Below, one piece after another: positions 1 to 7,492 of a DNA stretch of 25,776 nucleotides. Below the pieces are notes generated by a model. It was given only the letters and a program-made list of their open reading frames with translations, made no database searches and was not told where the DNA came from. The translations under genes and the position numbers were made by a program. The DNA comes from a virus (taxonomy: Duplodnaviria; Caudoviricetes), in IMG/VR virus record IMGVR_UViG_3300005613_000374, positions 1 through 25,776 of that record; one strand, given 5' to 3'. Numbering within the stretch: position 1 is the stretch's first letter; each line of letters starts with the position of its first letter.

Positions 1-785
1 TTGATACTGGGGTCACCGTAGATGTACTTGAGGAAAACGTGGCGGCGGTCATCGTTGCCACACCTCTGATTTAGCAGCGAAGCGCAGTAGCCGCGCACGC
101 CGTCCTCGGGCGGCTCCGTCGTGGACTCGTCCTTGTTCCGGTAATGCTCCGCCTTTTTGAGTAAGTTCGCTTTGAGAACGTTCGGCGCCCACGGCCGGCC
201 GTTGGAAAGCGGTTTCGGTTCTGGTTGTTCTACTACAATGCCTTCTACTACGTCATCATCGGTGTATTCCGCGTTGCCCACCGGATCGATCTCTCCGGTG
301 GTATAGATCGGCGACAGACTCACGTCGGGGCAATACCACTTCACCCCATTGCTCAGCGCCCTGGCGAACAACATGTTGCGTGGGAACTTCTGCATGTTGC
401 CTGTCCCCGCTCGTTTGGCGTCCTCAGCGGTGAAGGTGCTTGTGCCTACGGGTCTCCATTCAGCATCGCTACCAATAGCCCGCTCAAAAAATTCTAGCGT
501 TACGCTATCGGGCTGAATGGGCTGTTTGACACGGTAATCGTACTTTCCGCTCCGCTTCAGCACCGCTGCCAACAGGTGCGCTCCCACCTCAGGCTTCCCC
601 TTGATGATGTGGATGCCGCTCATGGAAGCGAATGGTCCCACGCCCATTTCCTGCCCGGCCAACATTTTTACCACGGCCTGGGCCTGCTCCTGTGCATCGG
701 AGAAATAGCCACTTTTGGCGAACACCTCCCCCATGCTCATAATCGTTTCAAAGGGCACGATCTGATATTGCACTTTTTCTTCCAT
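1..785 (-). CDS. RecT-like single-strand annealing recombinase, 3' end runs off the window (not in ORF track)
   Basis: Hand translation from ATG at 785 is open to base 1: MEEKVQYQIVPFETIMSMGEVFAKSGYFSDAQEQAQAVVKMLAGQEMGVGPFASMSGIHIIKGKPEVGAHLLAAVLKRSGKYDYRV...KFPRNMLFARALSNGVKWYCPDV, which resembles phage RecT-like proteins. RBS GAGGAG upstream. Confidence 0.8.
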   Translation of the reverse strand, partial: MEEKVQYQIVPFETIMSMGEVFAKSGYFSDAQEQAQAVVKMLAGQEMGVGPFASMSGIHIIKGKPEVGAHLLAAVLKRSGKYDYRVKQPIQPDSVTLEFFERAIGSDAEWRPVGTSTFTAEDAKRAGTGNMQKFPRNMLFARALSNGVKWYCPDVSLSPIYTTGEIDPVGNAEYTDDDVVEGIVVEQPEPKPLSNGRPWAPNVLKANLLKKAEHYRNKDESTTEPPEDGVRGYCASLLNQRCGNDDRRHVFLKYIYGDPSI

Positions 786-817
786 CGTTCTCTCCTCTCA
801 TTCTTCCTTTCACATTA

Positions 818-929
818 CCCGCGCCGGCCCCAATCTAAACCCCTTTAGTGTGTAAACCGGCGCGGGCAAAAGTACCCGAGGGTCACATTCCCCCGGGCTC
901 TGGCGACTGTTGTCAATCGCCAGAACCCG
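818..929 (-). ncRNA. Structured intergenic leader with three stem-loops upstream of the recombinase
   Basis: Inverted repeats: 818-827/857-866 (perfect 10 bp), 875-882/890-897, 894-906/917-929. Confidence 0.5.
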
Positions 930-936
930 ATGGAAC

Positions 937-1200
937 TTAGTGGTACAACGTTGCCGACGCGAATCGACGGACTGATAATTCCGACAATTCGCCAATATTC
1001 TTATCATACCAGTCCATGAACACTTTCGTGTCCATTTCCTGGATCATCTCCATGACGTCATTCTTGGCCGCGTTCGCCTCGGCCTTTGCTTCTTGTTCGT
1101 CCCTTCGATCCGCCTCGCATTGTGCGTCCCACATCGTCGTCTCGTCTCCTCTCGTTTCCCACCACGGGGTGGGCATTTGCGGCATCGTTTCGTAGTACAT
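937..1200 (-). CDS. Hypothetical early protein (87 aa, MYYETMPQ...)
   Basis: Start moved to ATG 1200, preceded by AAGGGAGCGAAC. Confidence 0.7.
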   Translation of the reverse strand: MYYETMPQMPTPWWETRGDETTMWDAQCEADRRDEQEAKAEANAAKNDVMEMIQEMDTKVFMDWYDKNIGELSELSVRRFASATLYH

Positions 1201-1241
1201 GTTCGCTCCCTTTCTGTGTGTAGTGGGGTATAAGCTGTGCG

Positions 1242-1460
1242 TTAGTCGAACCATTCGTCGGTCTTTTCATCGTCCTCCTGGGCGCTCTCAACCATTTGCG
1301 CCCAGTCTACGATGTCTTTCGTGGAGGCTATGGCAACCCATGCCCAATGTTCTCCGGTCTCTTGCCAGTCGTACATGATCGTCGACCGGTGTGGCTCCAG
1401 GGCCGGGGTGTTGTCAATTCTTGCCTTTGCTGCATTGTATTCCTTGTCATCGTCGTACAT
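1242..1460 (-). CDS. Hypothetical acidic early protein (72 aa)
   Basis: ORF with RBS GAAGGGAGAACGAA-ATG. Confidence 0.75.
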   Translation of the reverse strand: MYDDDKEYNAAKARIDNTPALEPHRSTIMYDWQETGEHWAWVAIASTKDIVDWAQMVESAQEDDEKTDEWFD

Positions 1461-1480
1461 TTCGTTCTCCCTTCGAGTGT

Positions 1481-1500
1481 GGCGGGGCTTGCGCCCCGCC
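1481..1500 (-). other. Intergenic GC-rich hairpin with GCAA (GNRA) tetraloop
   Basis: GGCGGGGC-GCAA-GCCCCGCC on the minus strand; no U-tract. Confidence 0.7.
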
Positions 1501-1510
1501 TGGTTGGTGG

Positions 1511-1720
1511 TTAGTCGTTAAACTGCGGAAGGTATACATGTCCACTGTGGGACATGAAATCGGATACCCTGACTGACATTACCTCTGGGCGTTGGAGCGT
1601 TTGATTTGCGGATTGCAGCGCTTGTTCTGGGGTGGTTTCTATTATGGTTTCTATGTCCCAGTACTTGAGAATCTCTTTCTTTTCTATCGTATAGGTGTGG
1701 TTCCCTTTTGCGAAATTCAT
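1511..1720 (-). CDS. Hypothetical early protein (69 aa, MNFAKG...)
   Basis: Start moved to ATG 1720 with RBS GAGGAGAGAACAAA; first gene after the promoter at 1767-1795. Confidence 0.7.
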   Translation of the reverse strand: MNFAKGNHTYTIEKKEILKYWDIETIIETTPEQALQSANQTLQRPEVMSVRVSDFMSHSGHVYLPQFND

Positions 1721-1747
1721 TTTGTTCTCTCCTCTCGTGTGATTTCT

Positions 1748-1817
1748 GTCTCTCAATTCTATAATTATTATACCACAGTTCTATATGGGTGTCAAGGGTT
1801 TAAACCTTAAAATCCTT
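1748..1817. repeat. Direct repeat of promoter cassette (other copy about 3385-3453)
   Basis: Shared gtctctcaattctataattattataccacag ... tgtcaagggttta(a)accttaaaatcctt; the spacer differs. Confidence 0.9.
1767..1795 (-). promoter_or_regulatory. Consensus sigma70 promoter (copy 2)
   Basis: TTGACA (1795-1790), 17 nt spacer, extended TG, TATAAT (1772-1767). Confidence 0.9.
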
Positions 1818-1866
1818 AGCATGATTTCTCGCCGGGGGCTAGTTAGGCCCCCGGCTTGAAAGGAGG

Positions 1867-1894
1867 AAAGAAACGGGCTGTGGTCAGCAGCCCG
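1867..1894 (-). terminator. Probable intrinsic terminator of the upstream early unit
   Basis: CGGGCTG-7 nt-CAGCCCG then TTTCTTT on the minus strand, just after the stop at 1914; a second 9-bp hairpin lies at 1831-1855. Confidence 0.6.
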
Positions 1895-1913
1895 GGATTG
1901 TGGTCGATGCGTA

Positions 1914-2114
1914 TCATTCGACCGTATTCCCGGATGCTTCCTTGGTGGCCGGTCTCTCGTCCGGATATTCTTGCTCGTATAGCAGTCGCAAACCTTGGTC
2001 CACAGCCTGGGTGATGGTGTAATCTCGTTCGTCCACCAGGCGAACGAGATACTCACGCACCGTGCGCGACAGACGTTTAATACCGAGTTGACTGAATCGT
2101 TCGTGTTTTCTCAT
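1914..2114 (-). CDS. Small DNA-binding protein, ribbon-helix-helix-like
   Basis: 66 aa with a strand-helix-helix pattern (LGIKRLSRTVREYLVRLV...TITQAVDQGLRLL); ATGA overlap with the upstream gene. Confidence 0.5.
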   Translation of the reverse strand: MRKHERFSQLGIKRLSRTVREYLVRLVDERDYTITQAVDQGLRLLYEQEYPDERPATKEASGNTVE

Positions 2115-2515
2115 AATGCCTCCACATCAATATGGCCGTCATCGACCACGTTGAAAAAAATATCTAACAATACTGTCTTCGACGATAGAGCAATCACATC
2201 GGGGTCTATGCCTTTGTCGGTCAGATAGCTCCTTGCCTTTGCGAGAGCATCCCCTTCCGTCACATATACGATGACCTTCGCGTCAAGCTCAGCGTTCCTG
2301 TCATCCCAGCGCTGAGCCATTTCGTCCTCGGGATTGACTGCGGCGTAGAAGACACCGCAGAAGCAATCGTCCCGCCATTCATATCCCTCAGTGCCGTAAA
2401 TTGGCCTCGGGGCGTTGTAGATATTCCAATGCGCCGGTAATTCGTACTTACCGCCGCACAGAATATCTGTAGGCCGCTTTCCTAGCCGTATCCGTTTGTT
2501 ACATTTCGTTTCCAT
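2111..2515 (-). CDS. Hypothetical early protein (134 aa)
   Basis: ORF with RBS AAGGGGAGCGAA-ATG. Confidence 0.75.
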   Translation of the reverse strand: METKCNKRIRLGKRPTDILCGGKYELPAHWNIYNAPRPIYGTEGYEWRDDCFCGVFYAAVNPEDEMAQRWDDRNAELDAKVIVYVTEGDALAKARSYLTDKGIDPDVIALSSKTVLLDIFFNVVDDGHIDVEAL

Positions 2516-2541
2516 TTCGCTCCCCTTTCGCTGCTAACGGC

Positions 2542-2590
2542 GCTGAATTGCACCGGCCAGGGGCTTGAACCCTGGTCGCTGAAATTCAGC
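2542..2590 (-). ncRNA. Intergenic stem-loop capped by a tRNA T-loop-like motif
   Basis: GCTGAATT..CCAGGG-TTCAAGC-CCCTGG..AATTCAGC; the loop fits TTCRANY. Confidence 0.45.
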
Positions 2591-3072
2591 TAGTCCCCGC
2601 GCCTGCCTGCTACAAATTCTTCCTGAGATATCCGGTGGCGCTGGCCATTTTCGAGCACTTCGATCTCTGGCCATTCGTGCATCTTCGCGTAATCGCAATC
2701 ATAATCCCATCGGAACTTGTTTTTCGCTCTCTCCACAGACTTGGTTTCTGCTGTGTTTCGTTCCGCTTCCTGTACAAGCGAGTCGGTTTCCGTCTTCGCT
2801 TGTTCGTCTGACCGAAAGTACAATTCGGCCATTCCGAAGTTGGAGCGGTCGGTGGAGTATGTCAACACCCCACCGCGGAAATCTGTATGAGAGTCGAAGA
2901 ACCCCCAGGCTGCCTCCTTGTAAGACTGCCCGCGCCGTGTCCTTATGGCGACAACTGGGAATGTTGCCTGAGCTTCCCCGCTCGACACTATCAATTCCTT
3001 CCATTCCGGGCCGCGCACTGCGGTCAGCGCGGCGTCTTCGATTTGCCCCTTCTTCCGGTATAAGAATTTCAT
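2590..3072 (-). CDS. Hypothetical early protein (160 aa, MKFLYRKK...)
   Basis: Start moved to ATG 3072 (RBS AAAGGAGAACGAAC); the track's longer start at 3147 lies inside the ribozyme. Confidence 0.75.
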   Translation of the reverse strand: MKFLYRKKGQIEDAALTAVRGPEWKELIVSSGEAQATFPVVAIRTRRGQSYKEAAWGFFDSHTDFRGGVLTYSTDRSNFGMAELYFRSDEQAKTETDSLVQEAERNTAETKSVERAKNKFRWDYDCDYAKMHEWPEIEVLENGQRHRISQEEFVAGRRGD

Positions 3073-3086
3073 GTTCGTTCTCCTTT

Positions 3087-3153
3087 CAGTCTGCCTCGTC
3101 AGTGCCGGGCGACCATCCCCGGCAGATGCCCGCGTCATTGCGGGCATTTCGGC
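3087..3153 (-). ncRNA. Type II hammerhead ribozyme
   Basis: Minus strand: GCC-GAAA-[TGCCCGC aatgac GCGGGCA]-TC-[TGCCGGG gatggtcg CCCGGCA]-CTGACGA-GGC-agactg. The CUGANGA and GAAA core is complete, all three stems pair, and the cleavage triplet is AUC. Confidence 0.92.
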
Positions 3154-3354
3154 TTATCCGAGATAGTAGACTTCCCAATCGTCCGGGACGTCTCCGTCGA
3201 AGCTGCGGGCACAGTCCCCGCAGTACCAATCACAACTTTCCGGATCCACCTGCCAATCGCTCGGGGGATTGGCGAAATCGTAGGGGGGCTTGCCCCGCAC
3301 CATCTTGGCGATTTCGTTTCTGTCTAATTCGTAACCACACTGCTTGCAGTTCAT
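3154..3354 (-). CDS. Small zinc-ribbon protein (66 aa)
   Basis: CKQC...CGDC pairs; RBS GAAGGGAGAGAACG-ATG. Confidence 0.75.
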   Translation of the reverse strand: MNCKQCGYELDRNEIAKMVRGKPPYDFANPPSDWQVDPESCDWYCGDCARSFDGDVPDDWEVYYLG

Positions 3355-3403
3355 CGTTCTCTCCCTTCATTTCTGTGTATTTCCGTCTCTCAATTCTATA
3401 ATT

Positions 3404-3432
3404 ATTATACCACAGATATATATTCTTGTCAA
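3404..3432 (-). promoter_or_regulatory. Consensus sigma70 promoter (copy 1)
   Basis: TTGACA (3432-3427), 17 nt spacer, extended TG, TATAAT (3409-3404). Confidence 0.9.
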
Positions 3433-3487
3433 GGGTTTAACCTTAAAATCCTTGCACGCGAATACGATGCAGATATGAGCGGCGATC

Positions 3488-3516
3488 TTGAAAATTGCGT
3501 CACATTATGGTATAAT
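3488..3516 (+). promoter_or_regulatory. Divergent sigma70 promoter for the methyltransferase
   Basis: TTGAAA (3488-3493), 17 nt spacer, extended TG, TATAAT (3511-3516); ATG follows 7 nt later. Confidence 0.8.
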
Positions 3517-3523
3517 AACAATA

Positions 3524-4717
3524 ATGGATAGCATCAAGGATTTGAAACCAGACATGGAAAACGCCAACAAGGGAACGCAGCGCGGTTTGAAATTGCTGGA
3601 TGATTCCCTGCGTAAATATGGGGCAGGACGCTCAATTCTGATTGACAAGCATGGCAAGATTATCGCCGGCAATAAGACCGTGGAGCGGGCAGCTGATATT
3701 GGGCTGGATGATCTGCTTATCGTGGAGACCGATGGTACAAAGTTGGTAGCCGTTAAGCGCAACGACCTTGACCTGGAGACAGACCCCGCAGCACGAGAAT
3801 TAGCTTATGCTGACAATCGGGTGGGGCAGTTAGACCTTGATTGGGACGCGGAGCAGATTCTTGCCGATTTGGAAGCCGGTGTGGATTTGGAAGGGCTATT
3901 CAGCGACATTGAGCTTGAGGACTTCGGGTGGGAAGCGGACAAGGCGGAAGACCCAGGGGCGGACATGGACCGCGCCGACGAGCTACAAGAGAAGTGGCAA
4001 GTCAAGCGGGGCGACCTATTCGAGATACCGTCGCTGAGCGTGGAAGACAAGTGCCACAGAATTATGTGCGGGGATAGCACCGACGCGGGGGACGTGGCGA
4101 AGCTGATGGGGGGAGAGAAGGCCGAGATGGTACTCGCAGACCCGCCGTATGGGATGGGACTTAATACTGATTATCGCGATATGCCAGAAAGACGGGTTGA
4201 GTCGCGCAAGTATGATGTCGTTGTTGGCGATGATGTTGATTTCGACCCAACGCCGTATTTTGAGATGACAGCGGAGATCAAGGAACAATTTTGGTGGGGC
4301 GGAGATTATTTTTATGAGCACTTGCCGGCGGGCGGCTCGTGGTTGGTTTGGGATAAACGGAGTGAAGCGAGCGATGGACTGATTGGTAATCATTTTGAGA
4401 TGTGTTGGAGTATGAAGCCGCATCGTCGTCGGATGATTCGACATCATTGGTCGGGAGTCAATGCTAGAAATCTAGGCATGGAACGGGTGCATCCAACAGA
4501 GAAGCCTATCGCGGTACTCGAAGCCATTATTACTGATTATTGCAAAGGTCGGAGCGTTCTTGACCCCTTCCTGGGCAGCGGCATCACCTGCGTAGCAGCG
4601 GAGCAGACCGGTCGGGTGTGTTATGGCTGCGAGATAGCGGAGAAGTATGTCGCGGTTTCGCTTCAGAGATTGCAAGGTCTGGGGCTGGAGCCTCGGTTGG
4701 TCGCGGACGGAGAATAA
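3524..4717 (+). CDS. ParB-like N-terminal domain fused to an N6A/N4C DNA methyltransferase (beta class)
   Basis: IIAGNKT...ADNR N-terminal domain; DPPY motif IV, HPTEKP, then DPFLGSG motif I. Start at ATG 3524 because the track's TTG is the promoter -35. Confidence 0.9.
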   Translation: MDSIKDLKPDMENANKGTQRGLKLLDDSLRKYGAGRSILIDKHGKIIAGNKTVERAADIGLDDLLIVETDGTKLVAVKRNDLDLETDPAARELAYADNRVGQLDLDWDAEQILADLEAGVDLEGLFSDIELEDFGWEADKAEDPGADMDRADELQEKWQVKRGDLFEIPSLSVEDKCHRIMCGDSTDAGDVAKLMGGEKAEMVLADPPYGMGLNTDYRDMPERRVESRKYDVVVGDDVDFDPTPYFEMTAEIKEQFWWGGDYFYEHLPAGGSWLVWDKRSEASDGLIGNHFEMCWSMKPHRRRMIRHHWSGVNARNLGMERVHPTEKPIAVLEAIITDYCKGRSVLDPFLGSGITCVAAEQTGRVCYGCEIAEKYVAVSLQRLQGLGLEPRLVADGE

Positions 4718-4766
4718 GGCAAAATGCTGCTCAGGAAGCGATTTGAGGCATGAAGGGATATAACTA

Positions 4767-5405
4767 ATGGCGAGTCTCTACGATTTTAGGGGTTATTCAA
4801 CTAAGGATGGTATTATAGCCATTGCCCATGATTACGAAGAAATCATGGGAGTCGCACCAACATTGATTATTGTGCCCGTGGGTTACGGTATCCCAGATAC
4901 GTTTGATATGTGCAAGGTGCTGTGTTCTTCATCTGTGAGTTTGGTGTTAGTTACCCACGAGGGTGTTGATTGGCAAGAACCGAAGGGTGGCGAGGTTGTG
5001 AAGCCATTGAAAGACATGAGCTCTTTGCATGTATCAAAACCTAAACAGGGGAAACGTTCCAAGGTCCGGGAGGGAGCGTCTAATATATGTCCTCATTGCC
5101 AACAAAAAATAGTTGATTGGGAGGCCTTGGGTTTTTGGTATGGTTGGGCGATTGGCAAGACGCCTCCCTATTGGGACGCGTTGCGTCGGTATGTGTGGGG
5201 ACGTGATGATAAGCACTGTGCGCGGTGTGGGGATACGATAGATCTGAATGTAATGATATGCCATCATATTCACCCAAAAGAAGACGGTGGTTCTGATAGC
5301 GCAAGGAACTTGGTGACATTATGTCGTAAGTGCCATAATTACTTGCATGACACCAATTATTCGCAGTTATCACTAGTGGACAAATCATATCTGCGGGATG
5401 TATAA
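4767..5405 (+). CDS. HNH endonuclease
   Basis: RDDKHCARCG...CHHIHPKEDGGSDSARNLVTLCRKCHNYLH; lies before the terminase genes, possibly a packaging HNH. Confidence 0.85.
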   Translation: MASLYDFRGYSTKDGIIAIAHDYEEIMGVAPTLIIVPVGYGIPDTFDMCKVLCSSSVSLVLVTHEGVDWQEPKGGEVVKPLKDMSSLHVSKPKQGKRSKVREGASNICPHCQQKIVDWEALGFWYGWAIGKTPPYWDALRRYVWGRDDKHCARCGDTIDLNVMICHHIHPKEDGGSDSARNLVTLCRKCHNYLHDTNYSQLSLVDKSYLRDV

Positions 5406-5489
5406 ACGTGATGATTCTGTGGCTAATTAGAGGCATTACGTGGGAACTGAGAATATGCTTAAGCGCATAATAAGAGGTGCATAAAAAAA

Positions 5490-6068
5490 GTGGCTAAGCG
5501 GCGACATCCGGTACAGCGTGAAAAAGATTTAGAGGAAATCGCACACCGGTACTTGAACTTGCATGAACCGCAAGCGGTGATAGCGGCTGCTCTGAATATC
5601 AATCAATCGTCTGTTAGTCGGGACATCAAGACTCTAATTGCGCGTTGGCAGAAATCAGCCTTGACGAACGTGGACGAGCACCGTGCGGCAGAACTGGCGC
5701 GTATCAATAGACTAGAATTGGAATACTGGGAAGCGTGGGAAGCGAGCAAGCTGGACAAGAAATCTACGGTAGCTGAGAGGATAACGGCGGCGGATACTCG
5801 TCTTAAGGCTATACAACGCTCAGAGGCTCAGACCGGCGATCCGCGTTTTCTGGCTGGCATTGAACGGTGCGTAGAGCGGCGGTGTAAGCTATTAGGATTA
5901 GACGCGCCGACCAAGGTTGCTCCCACCGACCCTACCGGAACAAGAGAGTATGATAACCTTACCAACGAAGAGAGAATTACCCAACTTGGTGAGATATTTG
6001 ACGCCGTCCGAACGCGTCAAGGTAGCGACACTTCTGGACGCGATGGCACCGGGGGATTGGTGGCCTGA
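5490..6068 (+). CDS. terS: Terminase small subunit
   Basis: N-terminal HTH (QAVIAAALNINQSSVSRDI), ERRCKLLGLDAP motif, directly before TerL. Confidence 0.8.
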   Translation: MAKRRHPVQREKDLEEIAHRYLNLHEPQAVIAAALNINQSSVSRDIKTLIARWQKSALTNVDEHRAAELARINRLELEYWEAWEASKLDKKSTVAERITAADTRLKAIQRSEAQTGDPRFLAGIERCVERRCKLLGLDAPTKVAPTDPTGTREYDNLTNEERITQLGEIFDAVRTRQGSDTSGRDGTGGLVA

Positions 6069-7434
6069 GCGACATCTGGTTGGCCCCGACGAGGTGTCTC
6101 CTGCGCCGTTTCATGAGGGGCAGAATTGGACTTGGGATGCGACGCAACGCTGGGTGGCAATGCTGGCTGGGACTCAGGGAGGGAAAAGTCAATTTGGCCC
6201 TTGGTGGCTTAAGCGTGAGATAGAACGCCGGGGACAAGGCGATTATATCGCTGGTACATCGAGCTATGATCTGTTTAAGTTGAAGCTGTTGCCAGCGTTG
6301 CTGAAGGTGTTCGTGGACGTCTTTGGTATTGGCCGCTATTGGGGAGGAGATCGTCTTATTGAGATATGCGAAGGCGCTAAACCTGGCGGCCGATTCTATG
6401 CCCAGACGAGTAAGGATCCTATGTGGGCCAGAATCATCTTGCGTTCGGCAGAGTCGGAGGGGGGATTGGAAGCAGCGACGGCTAAGGCTGCCTGGCTAGA
6501 CGAGGCGGGACAGTTGAGATTTGACGTACAGGCTTGGCATGCTATCAAGCGGCGATTAGCATTGCACCAGGGACGGGTACTGATTACCACGACGCTATAC
6601 GCGCTCAATTGGGTAAAGCAGCTGTTCATAGATCCTCTGACCGAAGTCGCTCCTACTTATCATATCGTCGATGACCGTGGCGCGGAGATGACCCTCCGCG
6701 AAAATGACGATATTGCCCTAATTCAGTTCGACTCTATTGCCAATCCTTCGTATCCGCTGGCTGAGTTCGAGGAAGCGCGGGCCACTATGCCTCCTGACGA
6801 GTTTGCCATGTTCTGGCGAGGTATGGCGACGAAGCTGAGGTCTGCGATCTTCGATTGTTTTGATCGTGGGCTTAACGTGGTGAAGCATTTCGAAATACCA
6901 TACGACTGGGTAGGAGCAGTGGGCATTGACCCGGTGGGCGCGCACGTGGCGGCAGTGTGGGGAGTATTATCTCCGCGAGATGGTAAGTTTCATATCTATC
7001 GTGAATATCGAGAACCGTTTGGCAAGACCACGCAAGGCCATGCTGAGGAAATTCTGCGATTGACTCATGAGCGTATTGCTCGCTGGATCATCGGGCAGCC
7101 GGGGGAACGGCAGCCTCGCTTGGATTGGAAAGCGGCGGGCATTGATGGAGAATCGCCGCCATTCGCAGATTTGTGGGTGGGCATCGGGCGGGTGTATTCC
7201 ATGCTGAAATCCGGGGATATGGTGATTCACGATAATTGCGAGGGACTGCTATCAGAGATTGGCAGCTATCAGCGGGAGAAGGACAAGAGTACCGGGGAGT
7301 TAACAGACAAGATACGAGATAAGCACTCGTTTGATTTGTGTGACGCGACCCGTTACATGGTGGCGGATCTAACGGAACCACGAGATCGGTTAGAGGTCGT
7401 TAACATGCGTTACAAGATTGACCCATTTAGCTAG
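5950..7434 (+). CDS. terL: Terminase large subunit
   Basis: Walker A AGTQGGKS, Walker B AWLDEA, coupling motif ITTT, RNase H-like GIDP and C-terminal DLCDATRY. Start uncertain (5950 or 6043). Confidence 0.92.
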   Translation: MITLPTKRELPNLVRYLTPSERVKVATLLDAMAPGDWWPERHLVGPDEVSPAPFHEGQNWTWDATQRWVAMLAGTQGGKSQFGPWWLKREIERRGQGDYIAGTSSYDLFKLKLLPALLKVFVDVFGIGRYWGGDRLIEICEGAKPGGRFYAQTSKDPMWARIILRSAESEGGLEAATAKAAWLDEAGQLRFDVQAWHAIKRRLALHQGRVLITTTLYALNWVKQLFIDPLTEVAPTYHIVDDRGAEMTLRENDDIALIQFDSIANPSYPLAEFEEARATMPPDEFAMFWRGMATKLRSAIFDCFDRGLNVVKHFEIPYDWVGAVGIDPVGAHVAAVWGVLSPRDGKFHIYREYREPFGKTTQGHAEEILRLTHERIARWIIGQPGERQPRLDWKAAGIDGESPPFADLWVGIGRVYSMLKSGDMVIHDNCEGLLSEIGSYQREKDKSTGELTDKIRDKHSFDLCDATRYMVADLTEPRDRLEVVNMRYKIDPFS

Positions 7435-7492
7435 ATTGCGCGCCTTGCAGTGTGGATAATTGTTCATCTGATTGGGAGCGGGGAGATGTAGC

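Noticed and set aside
590-605. Apparent frameshift in the RecT-like gene (absent from the ORF track)
   Set aside because: The frame is intact (AAG GGG AAG); the ORF is missing only because it runs off the window.
2542-2590. tRNA gene, or twister/twister-sister ribozyme
   Set aside because: No cloverleaf or CCA, and I could not fit the conserved ribozyme cores; kept only as a T-loop hairpin.
3073-3147. N-terminal extension of ORF 2590-3147
   Set aside because: Overlaps the hammerhead; the RBS supports ATG 3072.
2859-3401. 180-aa plus-strand ORF and other plus-strand ORFs in 225-3401
   Set aside because: Antisense to genes with clear RBSs and promoters; no recognisable motifs.
7450-7460. Possible extended -10 (TGTGGATAAT) before the portal
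   Set aside because: No convincing -35 and an imperfect -10.
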